64,000 nucleotides of DNA from an uncultured Acidimicrobiia bacterium. GTDB lineage: Bacteria > Acidobacteriota > Terriglobia > Versatilivoradales > Versatilivoraceae. A program made the position numbers and the translations under genes. Below, in pieces: positions 20,741 through 29,074 of the stretch (position 1 is its first letter; the number at the start of each line of letters is the position of its first letter). The stretch lies in NCBI GenBank assembly GCA_963786955.1, contig CAWBAT010000002.1, forward strand, positions 1 to 64,000, given 5' to 3'. Under the pieces are notes generated by a model. It saw only the letters and a program-made list of their open reading frames with translations. It did not search any database and was not told the DNA's origin.

Positions 20741-20798
20741 TGGAGGGGGAGCCTTTTCCCCCGGCCGGCAAGAGCCGGCCACGGCGCTCCACTCCAAA
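20741..20798. repeat. REP-like palindromic element
   Basis: TGGAGGGG...CCGGC aaga GCCGG...CACTCCAAA nested inverted repeats between convergent genes. Confidence 0.45.
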
Positions 20799-20871
20799 GC
20801 AAAGACACAGCCCGCCGCAAAGATCTCCGGGTATGCCCCGCCGGGCTTATAGTCCAGGGGACTGCCATTTC

Positions 20872-21930
20872 TTATGGCTCTGATTTTCGCTCTACAAAGA
20901 TTTTTCCAGGAGTGCCGTCCTCGATGCAGCCAATAACGGCTGCGTTTTCGATCCCCTCCGAACGCATCTCATTTAGTAACAAATCCGCATTTTGTGAATC
21001 GACCGCAGCCAATAATCCTCCAGAAGTTTGAGCGTCGCAGAGAAGCAACTGCTCTTCCTTGGTAAGGTTCGGCGCATAGATCACCCAGTCGGCCAAGAAT
21101 CGGTGGTTTGCGTGGGTTCCCCCAGGAGCAATCCCAGCCTTGACATATTCCCATGCCGCGGGCAAAACAGGCACCTGGTCTAAGAAGACTCGCGCGCTGA
21201 CGTGGCTCGCAGAGGTCACATTTCGCAGATGGCCGAGTAGGCCGAATCCGGTGATATCCGTAAGAGCGTGGACCCCGATTCGGATGATTACTTCGGCAGC
21301 GGCACGATTAAGAGTGGTCATTACTTTCAAAGCATCCTGTATCGCTCCCAGTTTATCTTCACCGTTTTTGGCGGCGGTGGTAATGATGCCCAGTCCTAAA
21401 GGTTTGGTCAGGATAAGAGAGTCGCCGGGTTTTGCTCTGTCGTTAGAAAGGATCTTCGCTGGATGAATGGTCCCGATCACTGCCAAGCCAAAGATGGGTT
21501 CCTCCGATTTGATCGTGTGCCCTCCGACAATATCAATCCCCGCCTCTTTGGCTTTCTCACCAGCCCCCCGTAAAATTTCGACGAGTACATCCGGGGACAA
21601 GAGTGTGTCTGGGAATCCGACGATGCTCAAGGCGGCTAAAGGTTTCCCTCCCATGGCGTAAATGTCGCTGATCGCGTTGGTCGCCGCCACGGCCCCGAAG
21701 TCATAAGGGCCGTCTACAATCGGTGTAAAGAAGTCTGTCGTCAAGACTAACGCCAAGTCGTCGTTTAGTTTGTAAATGGCCGCATCGTCGGCGGTTGAGG
21801 TGCCTACCAGAACGTTTGGGTTCAGGATTGGGGGCAGTTTTTGGAGAAACGGTAATAAGTAACCAGGAGGTTGTTTCGCTGCACACCCGGCTCGTTTCGC
21901 AAGCTGAGTGAGACGCACGGGTTCGATCAT
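20872..21930 (-). CDS. selD: Selenide, water dikinase (Cys form)
   Basis: AGCAAK (codon TGT, not TGA), DDAAIY, TTDFFTPIVD, LTDITGFGLLGH and DAQTSGGLL. Confidence 0.96.
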   Translation of the reverse strand: MIEPVRLTQLAKRAGCAAKQPPGYLLPFLQKLPPILNPNVLVGTSTADDAAIYKLNDDLALVLTTDFFTPIVDGPYDFGAVAATNAISDIYAMGGKPLAALSIVGFPDTLLSPDVLVEILRGAGEKAKEAGIDIVGGHTIKSEEPIFGLAVIGTIHPAKILSNDRAKPGDSLILTKPLGLGIITTAAKNGEDKLGAIQDALKVMTTLNRAAAEVIIRIGVHALTDITGFGLLGHLRNVTSASHVSARVFLDQVPVLPAAWEYVKAGIAPGGTHANHRFLADWVIYAPNLTKEEQLLLCDAQTSGGLLAAVDSQNADLLLNEMRSEGIENAAVIGCIEDGTPGKIFVERKSEP

Positions 21931-21991
21931 CTATCCATCCATCCTCGCAGTCTCAGGAGGGGTCTATCGGGTACCTCGGGAGAGTTGCGAA

Positions 21992-22636
21992 TCAAATTTG
22001 GCCGGTTTCTTTGCGGCAATAGCGGGCTTTGGCAGGTGGGAGGTTCCACCAAACATGGTTGCTGTCGTATTGGTATTTCTGAAGAAAAGTATTCACCGCA
22101 ACTCCGACGCGCACTAACCGTTCCCGCTCAGCCCCTTTTACAATCTTGGACTGGAACCGGCGCGTCCCAATATACTCAAAATAGGCGAGAATCCCTCCAG
22201 GCGACAGATGATTCAGGAATGTTTCCAGAAACGTCTCAACCGTTTGAGGGTCAAAGTTATTGAGCGGCAGCCCTGAAATAATAAAGTCAAAAAAAGCGCC
22301 CTCGGGCAGCGAGCGGACGTCATCATTGTGCAACGCGCACTGGATTCCCTGGCTGATATATTCAGCAATCCGAACCTTCTCCCGCAGAACCAGGAAAAAC
22401 CGCGGATTCAATTCATAGATATCGAGCCTGTCACCGGGTCTTAGTTCCTTGAGAAGATGTTGGGTCACTGCGCCTGTGCCGGCGCCCACCTCAAGGACAC
22501 GAATCGGTTCTGCTGGGCGCTGCTTTAGGGGAAAAATCATGGCTTTGGCAAGGAGCGGCGAGCTCGGAGCGATCGCACCCGTGGTGATGAAATTCTTTCG
22601 AAATTCAGAATAAAAAAGCCGCAGATCTTTCAGCAT
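21992..22636 (-). CDS. Phospholipid/ornithine-lipid N-methyltransferase (PmtA/OlsG-like)
   Basis: TGAIAPSS, VLEVGAGTG, ISGLPLNNF and VWWNLPPA. Confidence 0.8.
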   Translation of the reverse strand: MLKDLRLFYSEFRKNFITTGAIAPSSPLLAKAMIFPLKQRPAEPIRVLEVGAGTGAVTQHLLKELRPGDRLDIYELNPRFFLVLREKVRIAEYISQGIQCALHNDDVRSLPEGAFFDFIISGLPLNNFDPQTVETFLETFLNHLSPGGILAYFEYIGTRRFQSKIVKGAERERLVRVGVAVNTFLQKYQYDSNHVWWNLPPAKARYCRKETGQI

Positions 22637-22716
22637 AACTAGTCTTTTGCAATTCCGGCTTTAAATGTGCGCGGTCTGTTGGATGGCGTTTGCGGGAGGA
22701 CAATGCATCCAACGTC

Positions 22717-23325
22717 TTAGGGCTTTGTGGCGATGGTGGAAGCCAAGGTGTTGGCTTTTTGTGCAAGCACTAGGCCCTGGTAATATTCTCCCCGTTTTAC
22801 TGCATCCTCGGCTTTTCGGATGAAATCAAAGACTACCTTCAGGCTTGTCTGGAGTTCTTTCGGCAACTGAGCCTCATCCAGCGATCTAACACGCTTTCTT
22901 GCCGATTCGAGCTGTTCATTTATTTTCCGCAGCATGGTATCACGGTCACTTCTGCTCAGCTGAGGCTGTAATTGAATGGGCGGTTGCTGAACTGGAGGGC
23001 GTGGGTCAACGGGTTCTACTGCGGCTGGCGTCCGTGTGCTCCGCCGCGGTTCAACCGAAGTCTTCGGAGGTCGTCCTGGTATGGTGCGAGGTGGTGGCGG
23101 CTTGATCATTGGCGCAGCTTCAGCAGATGAGGGTACCGGATCTGGAAGATTCTCGACAACAATGGGATTCGACGTCAACTGATTTTCTATCTCGGGTGCT
23201 GGGCCTTTACTTTCCTGAGTATAATCGAGCTCCGATACGGACTTTGCCGCCGGCGTGTTCTTATGGCAGCCCATCAAGAAGGAACCCAGAAAGAGGAAAA
23301 AAAGAAAGAATTTCACGGATCCCAT
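22717..23325 (-). CDS. Proline-rich lipoprotein
   Basis: Lipobox-like LMGC, a Pro-rich linker and a helical C-terminus. Confidence 0.7.
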   Translation of the reverse strand: MGSVKFFLFFLFLGSFLMGCHKNTPAAKSVSELDYTQESKGPAPEIENQLTSNPIVVENLPDPVPSSAEAAPMIKPPPPRTIPGRPPKTSVEPRRSTRTPAAVEPVDPRPPVQQPPIQLQPQLSRSDRDTMLRKINEQLESARKRVRSLDEAQLPKELQTSLKVVFDFIRKAEDAVKRGEYYQGLVLAQKANTLASTIATKP

Positions 23326-23424
23326 TGTAAATGAAACATAAGCCCATGGGCCTTAAAGGAATGAAACTTGCTACGTGTTTAATCAAGCGGTTATGGTCCG
23401 ACCGTAACGGACGCGATGCTTCCG

Positions 23425-25260
23425 TCACTGTAGAGGCAACCGAAGGGTAAATGTCGAACCTTTTCCCGGTTCCGAATCGACCCGAATATCCCCGTTGTGA
23501 AGCTGGATATTCTTGAAAACGGTTGCTAACCCGATGCCGTTGCCGTTTTCTTTGGTAGTATAGTACAAGTTAAAGATTCTATCACGATTCTCAGGGGAGA
23601 TTCCTATCCCTTCGTCCTGGATCATGACCTGAATGGCGCGATCATCCGCTGAGGTTCGGACAAGCAATTTCCCGCCATGCGGCATGGCCTGGCAGCCGTT
23701 TTGAATGATATTGAGGAGGCATTGCTTAATGAGATCGGAATCAATTCTTATGGGTGGCAGGTCTTTATCCAGCTCAAGACAAATGTTCACCTGCTGTTGT
23801 TCGGCTTCCTTTGTCGTCAAATTGACGACATCTTGAATGACTTCGGCTAAATTCTCTTCTCGAAGGGTCACGTCAACCGGTCGTGTAAAATTCAGGAAGT
23901 ATCGGACAACGCGGTCCAGCCTGCGAATTTCTTCCGTTATCGCTGAAAGATTGTTTTCGGCTTCACCCACCGCTCCCAACGCGACGTGCGAACGCAATAA
24001 CTCGAGATGGATCACGATAGCATTCAGTGGATTTTTGACTTCGTGCGCCACTCCTGAAGTTAAACGGCTTAAGGCGGATAATTTCTTGGCATATTCCAAC
24101 TGGCTTTCGAGTTTGGCCACCGTTTCAGGGTCTGCCAAAATAACCAATACACCCATGCTTTGCTGGTTCTCTTCCAGATAATGAACCCGCGCCGAAAATT
24201 TATTTTCAGGCCGCGTCAGTTGGAGCTCTGCTTTATAGAGATTTTTCTTCAGAGCGATGGCAGTCTCAACAAGGCCATTGAGTGGATGATCGGCGCCCAA
24301 CAGTTGGTTCAATGTCTTACCCAAGGCTTGCTCGGTCGTCGTGTTCAAAAGCGAAACCACGGATTGACTGACTAAAATAATCTGCCCCTGGGGATTCAGA
24401 AATATGAGCTTCTCTTCGAGACTTTGCACGATCTGGCCGAAATTCCCCCGGAGAGCATCCAGCTCTTCCTGGCTGCCTTCCAGGCGTTGACCAATTTCGT
24501 TTAACTTCAATGAGACTAATCCAAATTCGTCGCCACGATTTAATCGGATCGGTTTCTTAAATTCGCCATGGATGAGCTGTTCAATTCCTGCTGTAATGAA
24601 AGTCAATGGCCGAAGCAGAAGCTGAGCGAAGACTGCCGCCAGCGTCGTCGCAATGAGAAGCGACAGGCCCGCTATGAAAACATTCTTAAAAAGGAAGGTC
24701 CTTAATTGTTCGCGAATTAAGGCCGTACTCATGGCGACGCGAACCGTGCCAAACGGCAAGTTATTCGAATCGACCATCTGAAACGTCACTTCATAATTTT
24801 TCAGCGGGCCATAGATCGTCCTCAACTGGTTCCAAGGAGAGGCGTTCTTTAGGGTCAGAAAATTTTCCGCAAAGGGAAGGATCTGGCCAACCTGCGTGCT
24901 ATCGGAATGAGCAAGAATGTGATTGTGGGGGTCGGTCACCGCCAGGTAAATGATGGTCGGCGAATTGCCGTTGGTGGATTCCAACAGAGATTTAAGTCCC
25001 GCATTGCTCGATAGGATGTTCGTAATGTACTTCGAGATTCCTTCGGGTTCGGCAGGGCCCAAGGCGGGCTGGTCGGCACTGATCAAGGCTTGTTTGACTT
25101 GTCCGTAAATCTGTTTCCCAATTAAGTCTCCCCCATCATAGGTTGCACGAATTTGCTCTTCAGCAAAATTAGTGATGGTGAAAAAAGAGACGATCGAAAG
25201 GACAAGCAAAACCAGGATCGTGATAATCAGGGTTAGCCTAGTTTTCAGCTTCAGCGTCAT
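23425..25260 (-). CDS. Membrane sensor histidine kinase (HAMP, PAS-like)
   Basis: AHEVKNPL, NIIQNGCQAM, DEGIGI and GNGIGL. Confidence 0.95.
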   Translation of the reverse strand: MTLKLKTRLTLIITILVLLVLSIVSFFTITNFAEEQIRATYDGGDLIGKQIYGQVKQALISADQPALGPAEPEGISKYITNILSSNAGLKSLLESTNGNSPTIIYLAVTDPHNHILAHSDSTQVGQILPFAENFLTLKNASPWNQLRTIYGPLKNYEVTFQMVDSNNLPFGTVRVAMSTALIREQLRTFLFKNVFIAGLSLLIATTLAAVFAQLLLRPLTFITAGIEQLIHGEFKKPIRLNRGDEFGLVSLKLNEIGQRLEGSQEELDALRGNFGQIVQSLEEKLIFLNPQGQIILVSQSVVSLLNTTTEQALGKTLNQLLGADHPLNGLVETAIALKKNLYKAELQLTRPENKFSARVHYLEENQQSMGVLVILADPETVAKLESQLEYAKKLSALSRLTSGVAHEVKNPLNAIVIHLELLRSHVALGAVGEAENNLSAITEEIRRLDRVVRYFLNFTRPVDVTLREENLAEVIQDVVNLTTKEAEQQQVNICLELDKDLPPIRIDSDLIKQCLLNIIQNGCQAMPHGGKLLVRTSADDRAIQVMIQDEGIGISPENRDRIFNLYYTTKENGNGIGLATVFKNIQLHNGDIRVDSEPGKGSTFTLRLPLQ

Positions 25261-26602
25261 ATTGATTGAGCTTGTTATGAAGCGTCTTCAGGCTGATTCC
25301 CAGAATTTCGGCCGCTTTGGTCTTATTGTTCTCAGTGAACTCCAACGTCTTATGAATCAGCCGCTTTTCAGTTTGAGCCACGGTGCTTCCCACGGGGACG
25401 ACCAGAGTGTTTGCCGAAGGTGAGGCGGCCGGGACTTCAAACGATGGTAAATGCCGTTCCTCTATGATTTCTCCTTCGCAGAGGATCAAGGCTCTTTCCA
25501 AAGCGTTCCGTAGCTCCCGAACATTTCCCGGCCAGCTGTGGAGAGTCAGTCGACGAAAAGCGGCTTCGCTAAAACCTTTTACTTGCTTGTCATGTTTGGT
25601 ATTCAGTTGCTTAAGCAACGCCTCAACTAAGATCGAAATATCACGGAGACGGTCGCGGAGTGGGGGAAGGGAAATCGCAAAGACATTCAAGCGATAATAG
25701 AGATCATTCCGTAGTTCCCCCTCCTCAACTGCCTTGAAAGGGGGCTTGTTGGTCGCAGCAATAATCCGGATGTCGACGTCAATCTCATGTTTGCTCCCTA
25801 ACCTTCTAAATTTACGTTCTTCGATAACTCGGAGCAACTTGCTTTGTGTACCGATAGGCATTTCGATGATTTCGTCCAGGAAAATTGTGCCCCCGTTCGC
25901 CAGCTCAAAGCAACCAAGCCTTCGTTCTAACGCTCCCGTGAAGGCCCCTCGCTCATGGCCGAAAATTTCACTCTCCATGAGAGTTTCCGGGATTGCGGAA
26001 CAATTAATGGCAATGAAGGGGCCCTGGCTACGACGGCTCAAGGTATGAATCGTTCGCGCAACGAGCTCTTTGCCTGTGCCGCTTTCACCCGTGATCAATA
26101 CGGATGCCGTGCTGGGCGCAACCAGTTCAATGAGTCGGTAGACTTCCAGCATTTGTGGAGACTGGCCCACCATCTCTCCGAAGGATCCATATTGTTTGAG
26201 TTGGCTCTTGAGAAGCTGCATCTCCTTGAGGGTTCTTTGATGTGAGATGCAGTTGTCCAGCACAACGCGTAATCGTGCAGGATCTATGGGCTTCTCCAGG
26301 TAATCGTAGGCGCCGGCTTTCATGGCTTCAACCGTGGAGGGAATACTGGCTTGAGCCGTCAATACGATGACCGGCAAATAGGGATGTTCTTCTTTAATTC
26401 TTTTCAGGAGCGTCATGCCATCCATGGTCGGCATGACAAGATCCGTAACGACTACAGCGGGTTCGAACTCCGGGATCATCGCCAGCGCGCTTTCACCATG
26501 CTCCGCCGACTGGGCACAGAAGTTCCAGCTGGAGACCAGCATGGTCAAACCCGTACGCGCCGACTTCTCATCGTCGACAATGAGAATTTTTTCCTCTCCC
26601 AT
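25238..26602 (-). CDS. Sigma-54-dependent response regulator (NtrC/ZraR family)
   Basis: REC domain, GESGTGKE, GAFTGA, WPGNVREL and a Fis-type HTH. Confidence 0.96.
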   Translation of the reverse strand: MGEEKILIVDDEKSARTGLTMLVSSWNFCAQSAEHGESALAMIPEFEPAVVVTDLVMPTMDGMTLLKRIKEEHPYLPVIVLTAQASIPSTVEAMKAGAYDYLEKPIDPARLRVVLDNCISHQRTLKEMQLLKSQLKQYGSFGEMVGQSPQMLEVYRLIELVAPSTASVLITGESGTGKELVARTIHTLSRRSQGPFIAINCSAIPETLMESEIFGHERGAFTGALERRLGCFELANGGTIFLDEIIEMPIGTQSKLLRVIEERKFRRLGSKHEIDVDIRIIAATNKPPFKAVEEGELRNDLYYRLNVFAISLPPLRDRLRDISILVEALLKQLNTKHDKQVKGFSEAAFRRLTLHSWPGNVRELRNALERALILCEGEIIEERHLPSFEVPAASPSANTLVVPVGSTVAQTEKRLIHKTLEFTENNKTKAAEILGISLKTLHNKLNQYDAEAEN

Positions 26603-26710
26603 CCCGTCCTCGTCACCTTTCCGGTATCGAACTCCCCAGAACCGGTTTGCTTCAGAGCAGCCTCGATAAGGTTGCTATCATAGCCTTCGGTCTGGAAAAA
26701 GTAAAAATTT

Positions 26711-26739
26711 TTGACACCCCCTATCCCCCATGCTACCGT
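26711..26739 (+). promoter_or_regulatory. Putative sigma-70 promoter for moeA-moaC
   Basis: TTGACA, 17-nt spacer with extended TG, then TACCGT, about 100 nt upstream of moeA. Confidence 0.55.
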
Positions 26740-26839
26740 ATTTTGGCGGAGATCGCCGAAGGATCTACGATCCATACGGTTATCCTCAAGACATTTTCTG
26801 GCAACCCCTCACTGACCACCAAAGCGAGTTTCTCCCTCT

Positions 26840-28081
26840 GTGTTGAATGTTCGATCCGCCCGAAGCAGAATATTTGAACAATGCTCAAAGATCACGCCTG
26901 AGTCGCTAGCGTGTGAATCGGTCCCCCTGGACAAGGCACTTCAAAGGGTTCTGGCGGAGGAAGTTTGTGCGGACCGCGACTACCCTCCATTTGCGCGTTC
27001 GATGCGGGATGGTTACGCGCTTCAGGCCCAGGATGCCCTGAAGGTTCCCCAGGACCTCCCCTGTATTGGAGAAATCCGGGCGGGTGACACCGTCCGCTTG
27101 GAATTGCATGCAGGTGAGGCCGTACAGATCATGACGGGGGCGCCGGTACCTCCGATGGCAGATACCGTCGTCATGCTTGAAACCACAGAGCGGATCTCCC
27201 CGGAGAGCGTCCGAATTTTGAAAGCACCTCGTCCTGGCGACAATGTGGCTCCGAAAGGCTCCGAACGCCTCGCGGGAGAACAAGTTCTCGCGCCGTGGAG
27301 AACGATGGGTCCTTTCGCGATGGCTATCCTGGCGTCTGTGGGCAAATCTCGGGTCCGAGTCGTTCGAAAGCCGACCGTTGCAATCCTTTCAACGGGTGAT
27401 GAGTTAGTCGAGATTGAAGCGATTCCCGGGGCATCGAAAATCCGAAACTCAAATTCCTCCTCTCTGTCTGCCCAAGTCACGAGGGATGGGGGAATACCCG
27501 TGTTGTTGCAGACGGCACCTGATGAAGTATCGGCCTTGAAGGAGCAAATTCGAAAGGGACTAGAAGCGGATGTCCTGTTAGTCAGTGGCGGAGTATCTGC
27601 AGGGAAGTATGATCTAGTTGAACCCGTCCTGATGGAACTAGGGATCAAGATTCATTTTGAATCGGTCAGTATGCGACCCGGAAAGCCAACGGTCTTCGCA
27701 ACGCGAGATGCCAAATGGGTCTTTGGATTGCCAGGGAATCCGGTCTCAACATTTGTTTCTTACGCAATGTTTGTCAGCCCGGTACTGAAGACTCTTCAGG
27801 GTTTGAAATATGACACGCTCCCGCTGATCCCGGCGGTTTTGGAGGCTGAAATCGTTGAAAAATCCGGGCGCACCTCTTTTTTGCCTGCCAAGCTTTTCCG
27901 GAAGGGTAAGGGATTCGCCGTTCAACCGGTCAAATGGAAAGGATCGGCAGACATTTTCAGCGCAGCTGAGGCCAACGGCCTGATTATTATCCCGCTCGAA
28001 ACCAAGAAAGTCAGCCGCGGGGAGATCGTTGAGGTCCTCGTATTCGAAGAGTGTAACTCTCAGATGGAAGGAGTGTTTTGA
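26840..28081 (+). CDS. moeA: Molybdopterin molybdenumtransferase
   Basis: PPFARSMRDGYA, IMTGAPVP, STGDEL, SGGVSAG and GLPGNPVS. Confidence 0.95.
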   Translation: MLNVRSARSRIFEQCSKITPESLACESVPLDKALQRVLAEEVCADRDYPPFARSMRDGYALQAQDALKVPQDLPCIGEIRAGDTVRLELHAGEAVQIMTGAPVPPMADTVVMLETTERISPESVRILKAPRPGDNVAPKGSERLAGEQVLAPWRTMGPFAMAILASVGKSRVRVVRKPTVAILSTGDELVEIEAIPGASKIRNSNSSSLSAQVTRDGGIPVLLQTAPDEVSALKEQIRKGLEADVLLVSGGVSAGKYDLVEPVLMELGIKIHFESVSMRPGKPTVFATRDAKWVFGLPGNPVSTFVSYAMFVSPVLKTLQGLKYDTLPLIPAVLEAEIVEKSGRTSFLPAKLFRKGKGFAVQPVKWKGSADIFSAAEANGLIIIPLETKKVSRGEIVEVLVFEECNSQMEGVF

Positions 28082-28084
28082 ACG

Positions 28085-28561
28085 ATGAGCTCTTTTTCTC
28101 ACACGGATGAACAAGGCAAACCCCGAATGGTTGACGTGACCGACAAAGTGCATTCCATTCGCACCGCTCGCGCCACTGGCATGCTGAAAACTTCCAAGCA
28201 ACTGCTGGTCTTGTTACGGGAAGGGAAGATCCGTAAAGGGAACCCTCTGGATGTCGCCAAGATTGCAGGGATCATGGCTGCAAAAAATACTGCCCACTTG
28301 ATACCGCTTTGTCATCCTTTAGCCTTAACCCACGTGGATCTCTCTTATCAGTTGCTCGATGATGGGATAGGTCTCGAAGCCACGGTCACAGCAGAAGGAA
28401 AGACAGGAGTAGAGATGGAGGCTTTGACAGCCGTTTCCGTGGCAGCCCTGACTCTTTACGACATGTGTAAGTCGGTTGATCGGGCAATGACGATAACGGA
28501 TATTGCTTTGGCTGAAAAAACTGGCGGCAGGTCCGGACATTACATTCGCAAAAAGGATTAA
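28085..28561 (+). CDS. moaC: Cyclic pyranopterin monophosphate synthase
   Basis: MVDVTDK, LIPLCHP, TGVEMEALT and YDMCKSVD. Confidence 0.97.
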   Translation: MSSFSHTDEQGKPRMVDVTDKVHSIRTARATGMLKTSKQLLVLLREGKIRKGNPLDVAKIAGIMAAKNTAHLIPLCHPLALTHVDLSYQLLDDGIGLEATVTAEGKTGVEMEALTAVSVAALTLYDMCKSVDRAMTITDIALAEKTGGRSGHYIRKKD

Positions 28562-28612
28562 GGATTAAAGGCCCTCGATAAAATCTCCACCGCACATTCT
28601 CGCCTTTCGCTT

Positions 28613-29053
28613 ATGACTCAGTTCCTCAAAAATTGGATACCCCCTTTTCTATGGGCCATTCTTATTTCGTATTTTTCCACCGATCATTTCTCGTTTGCCA
28701 ATACCTCTTCATATTTTGATCCTGTTTTCATGTGGTTGTTCCCGGGGATGTCAGCGGAAGGAAGGGAATGGATCCATGCAGGTATCCGAAAGCTGGGGCA
28801 CTGGAGCGAGTTTTTTGTTTTTGCGCTCCTCGTGGCGCGCGCACTTCGGTCAAGCACGAACCTGTTACTGAGGGCTCGTTGGGTGCTCTGGACTTTGCTA
28901 ATTATTGGTGTCTATGCCGGCGCCGATGAAATTCACCAGCTATTTGTTCCAAGCCGCAGCGGCAGTCTTAAGGACAGCCTCCTAGACTACTTAGGCGGCT
29001 GCTGCGCCGTGTTAATGATCTTCTTCCGGTCGAAGAACCGGGATGGTGGGTAA
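28613..29053 (+). CDS. VanZ family membrane protein
   Basis: RKLGHWSEF and DEIHQLFVPSRSG. Confidence 0.88.
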   Translation: MTQFLKNWIPPFLWAILISYFSTDHFSFANTSSYFDPVFMWLFPGMSAEGREWIHAGIRKLGHWSEFFVFALLVARALRSSTNLLLRARWVLWTLLIIGVYAGADEIHQLFVPSRSGSLKDSLLDYLGGCCAVLMIFFRSKNRDGG

Positions 29054-29074
29054 GACCCTCCGAGGACCTGTCCC

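Noticed and set aside
21880-21890. Possible selenocysteine codon in selD
   Set aside because: The codon is TGT (Cys). I found no convincing in-frame TGA read-through gene in the window.
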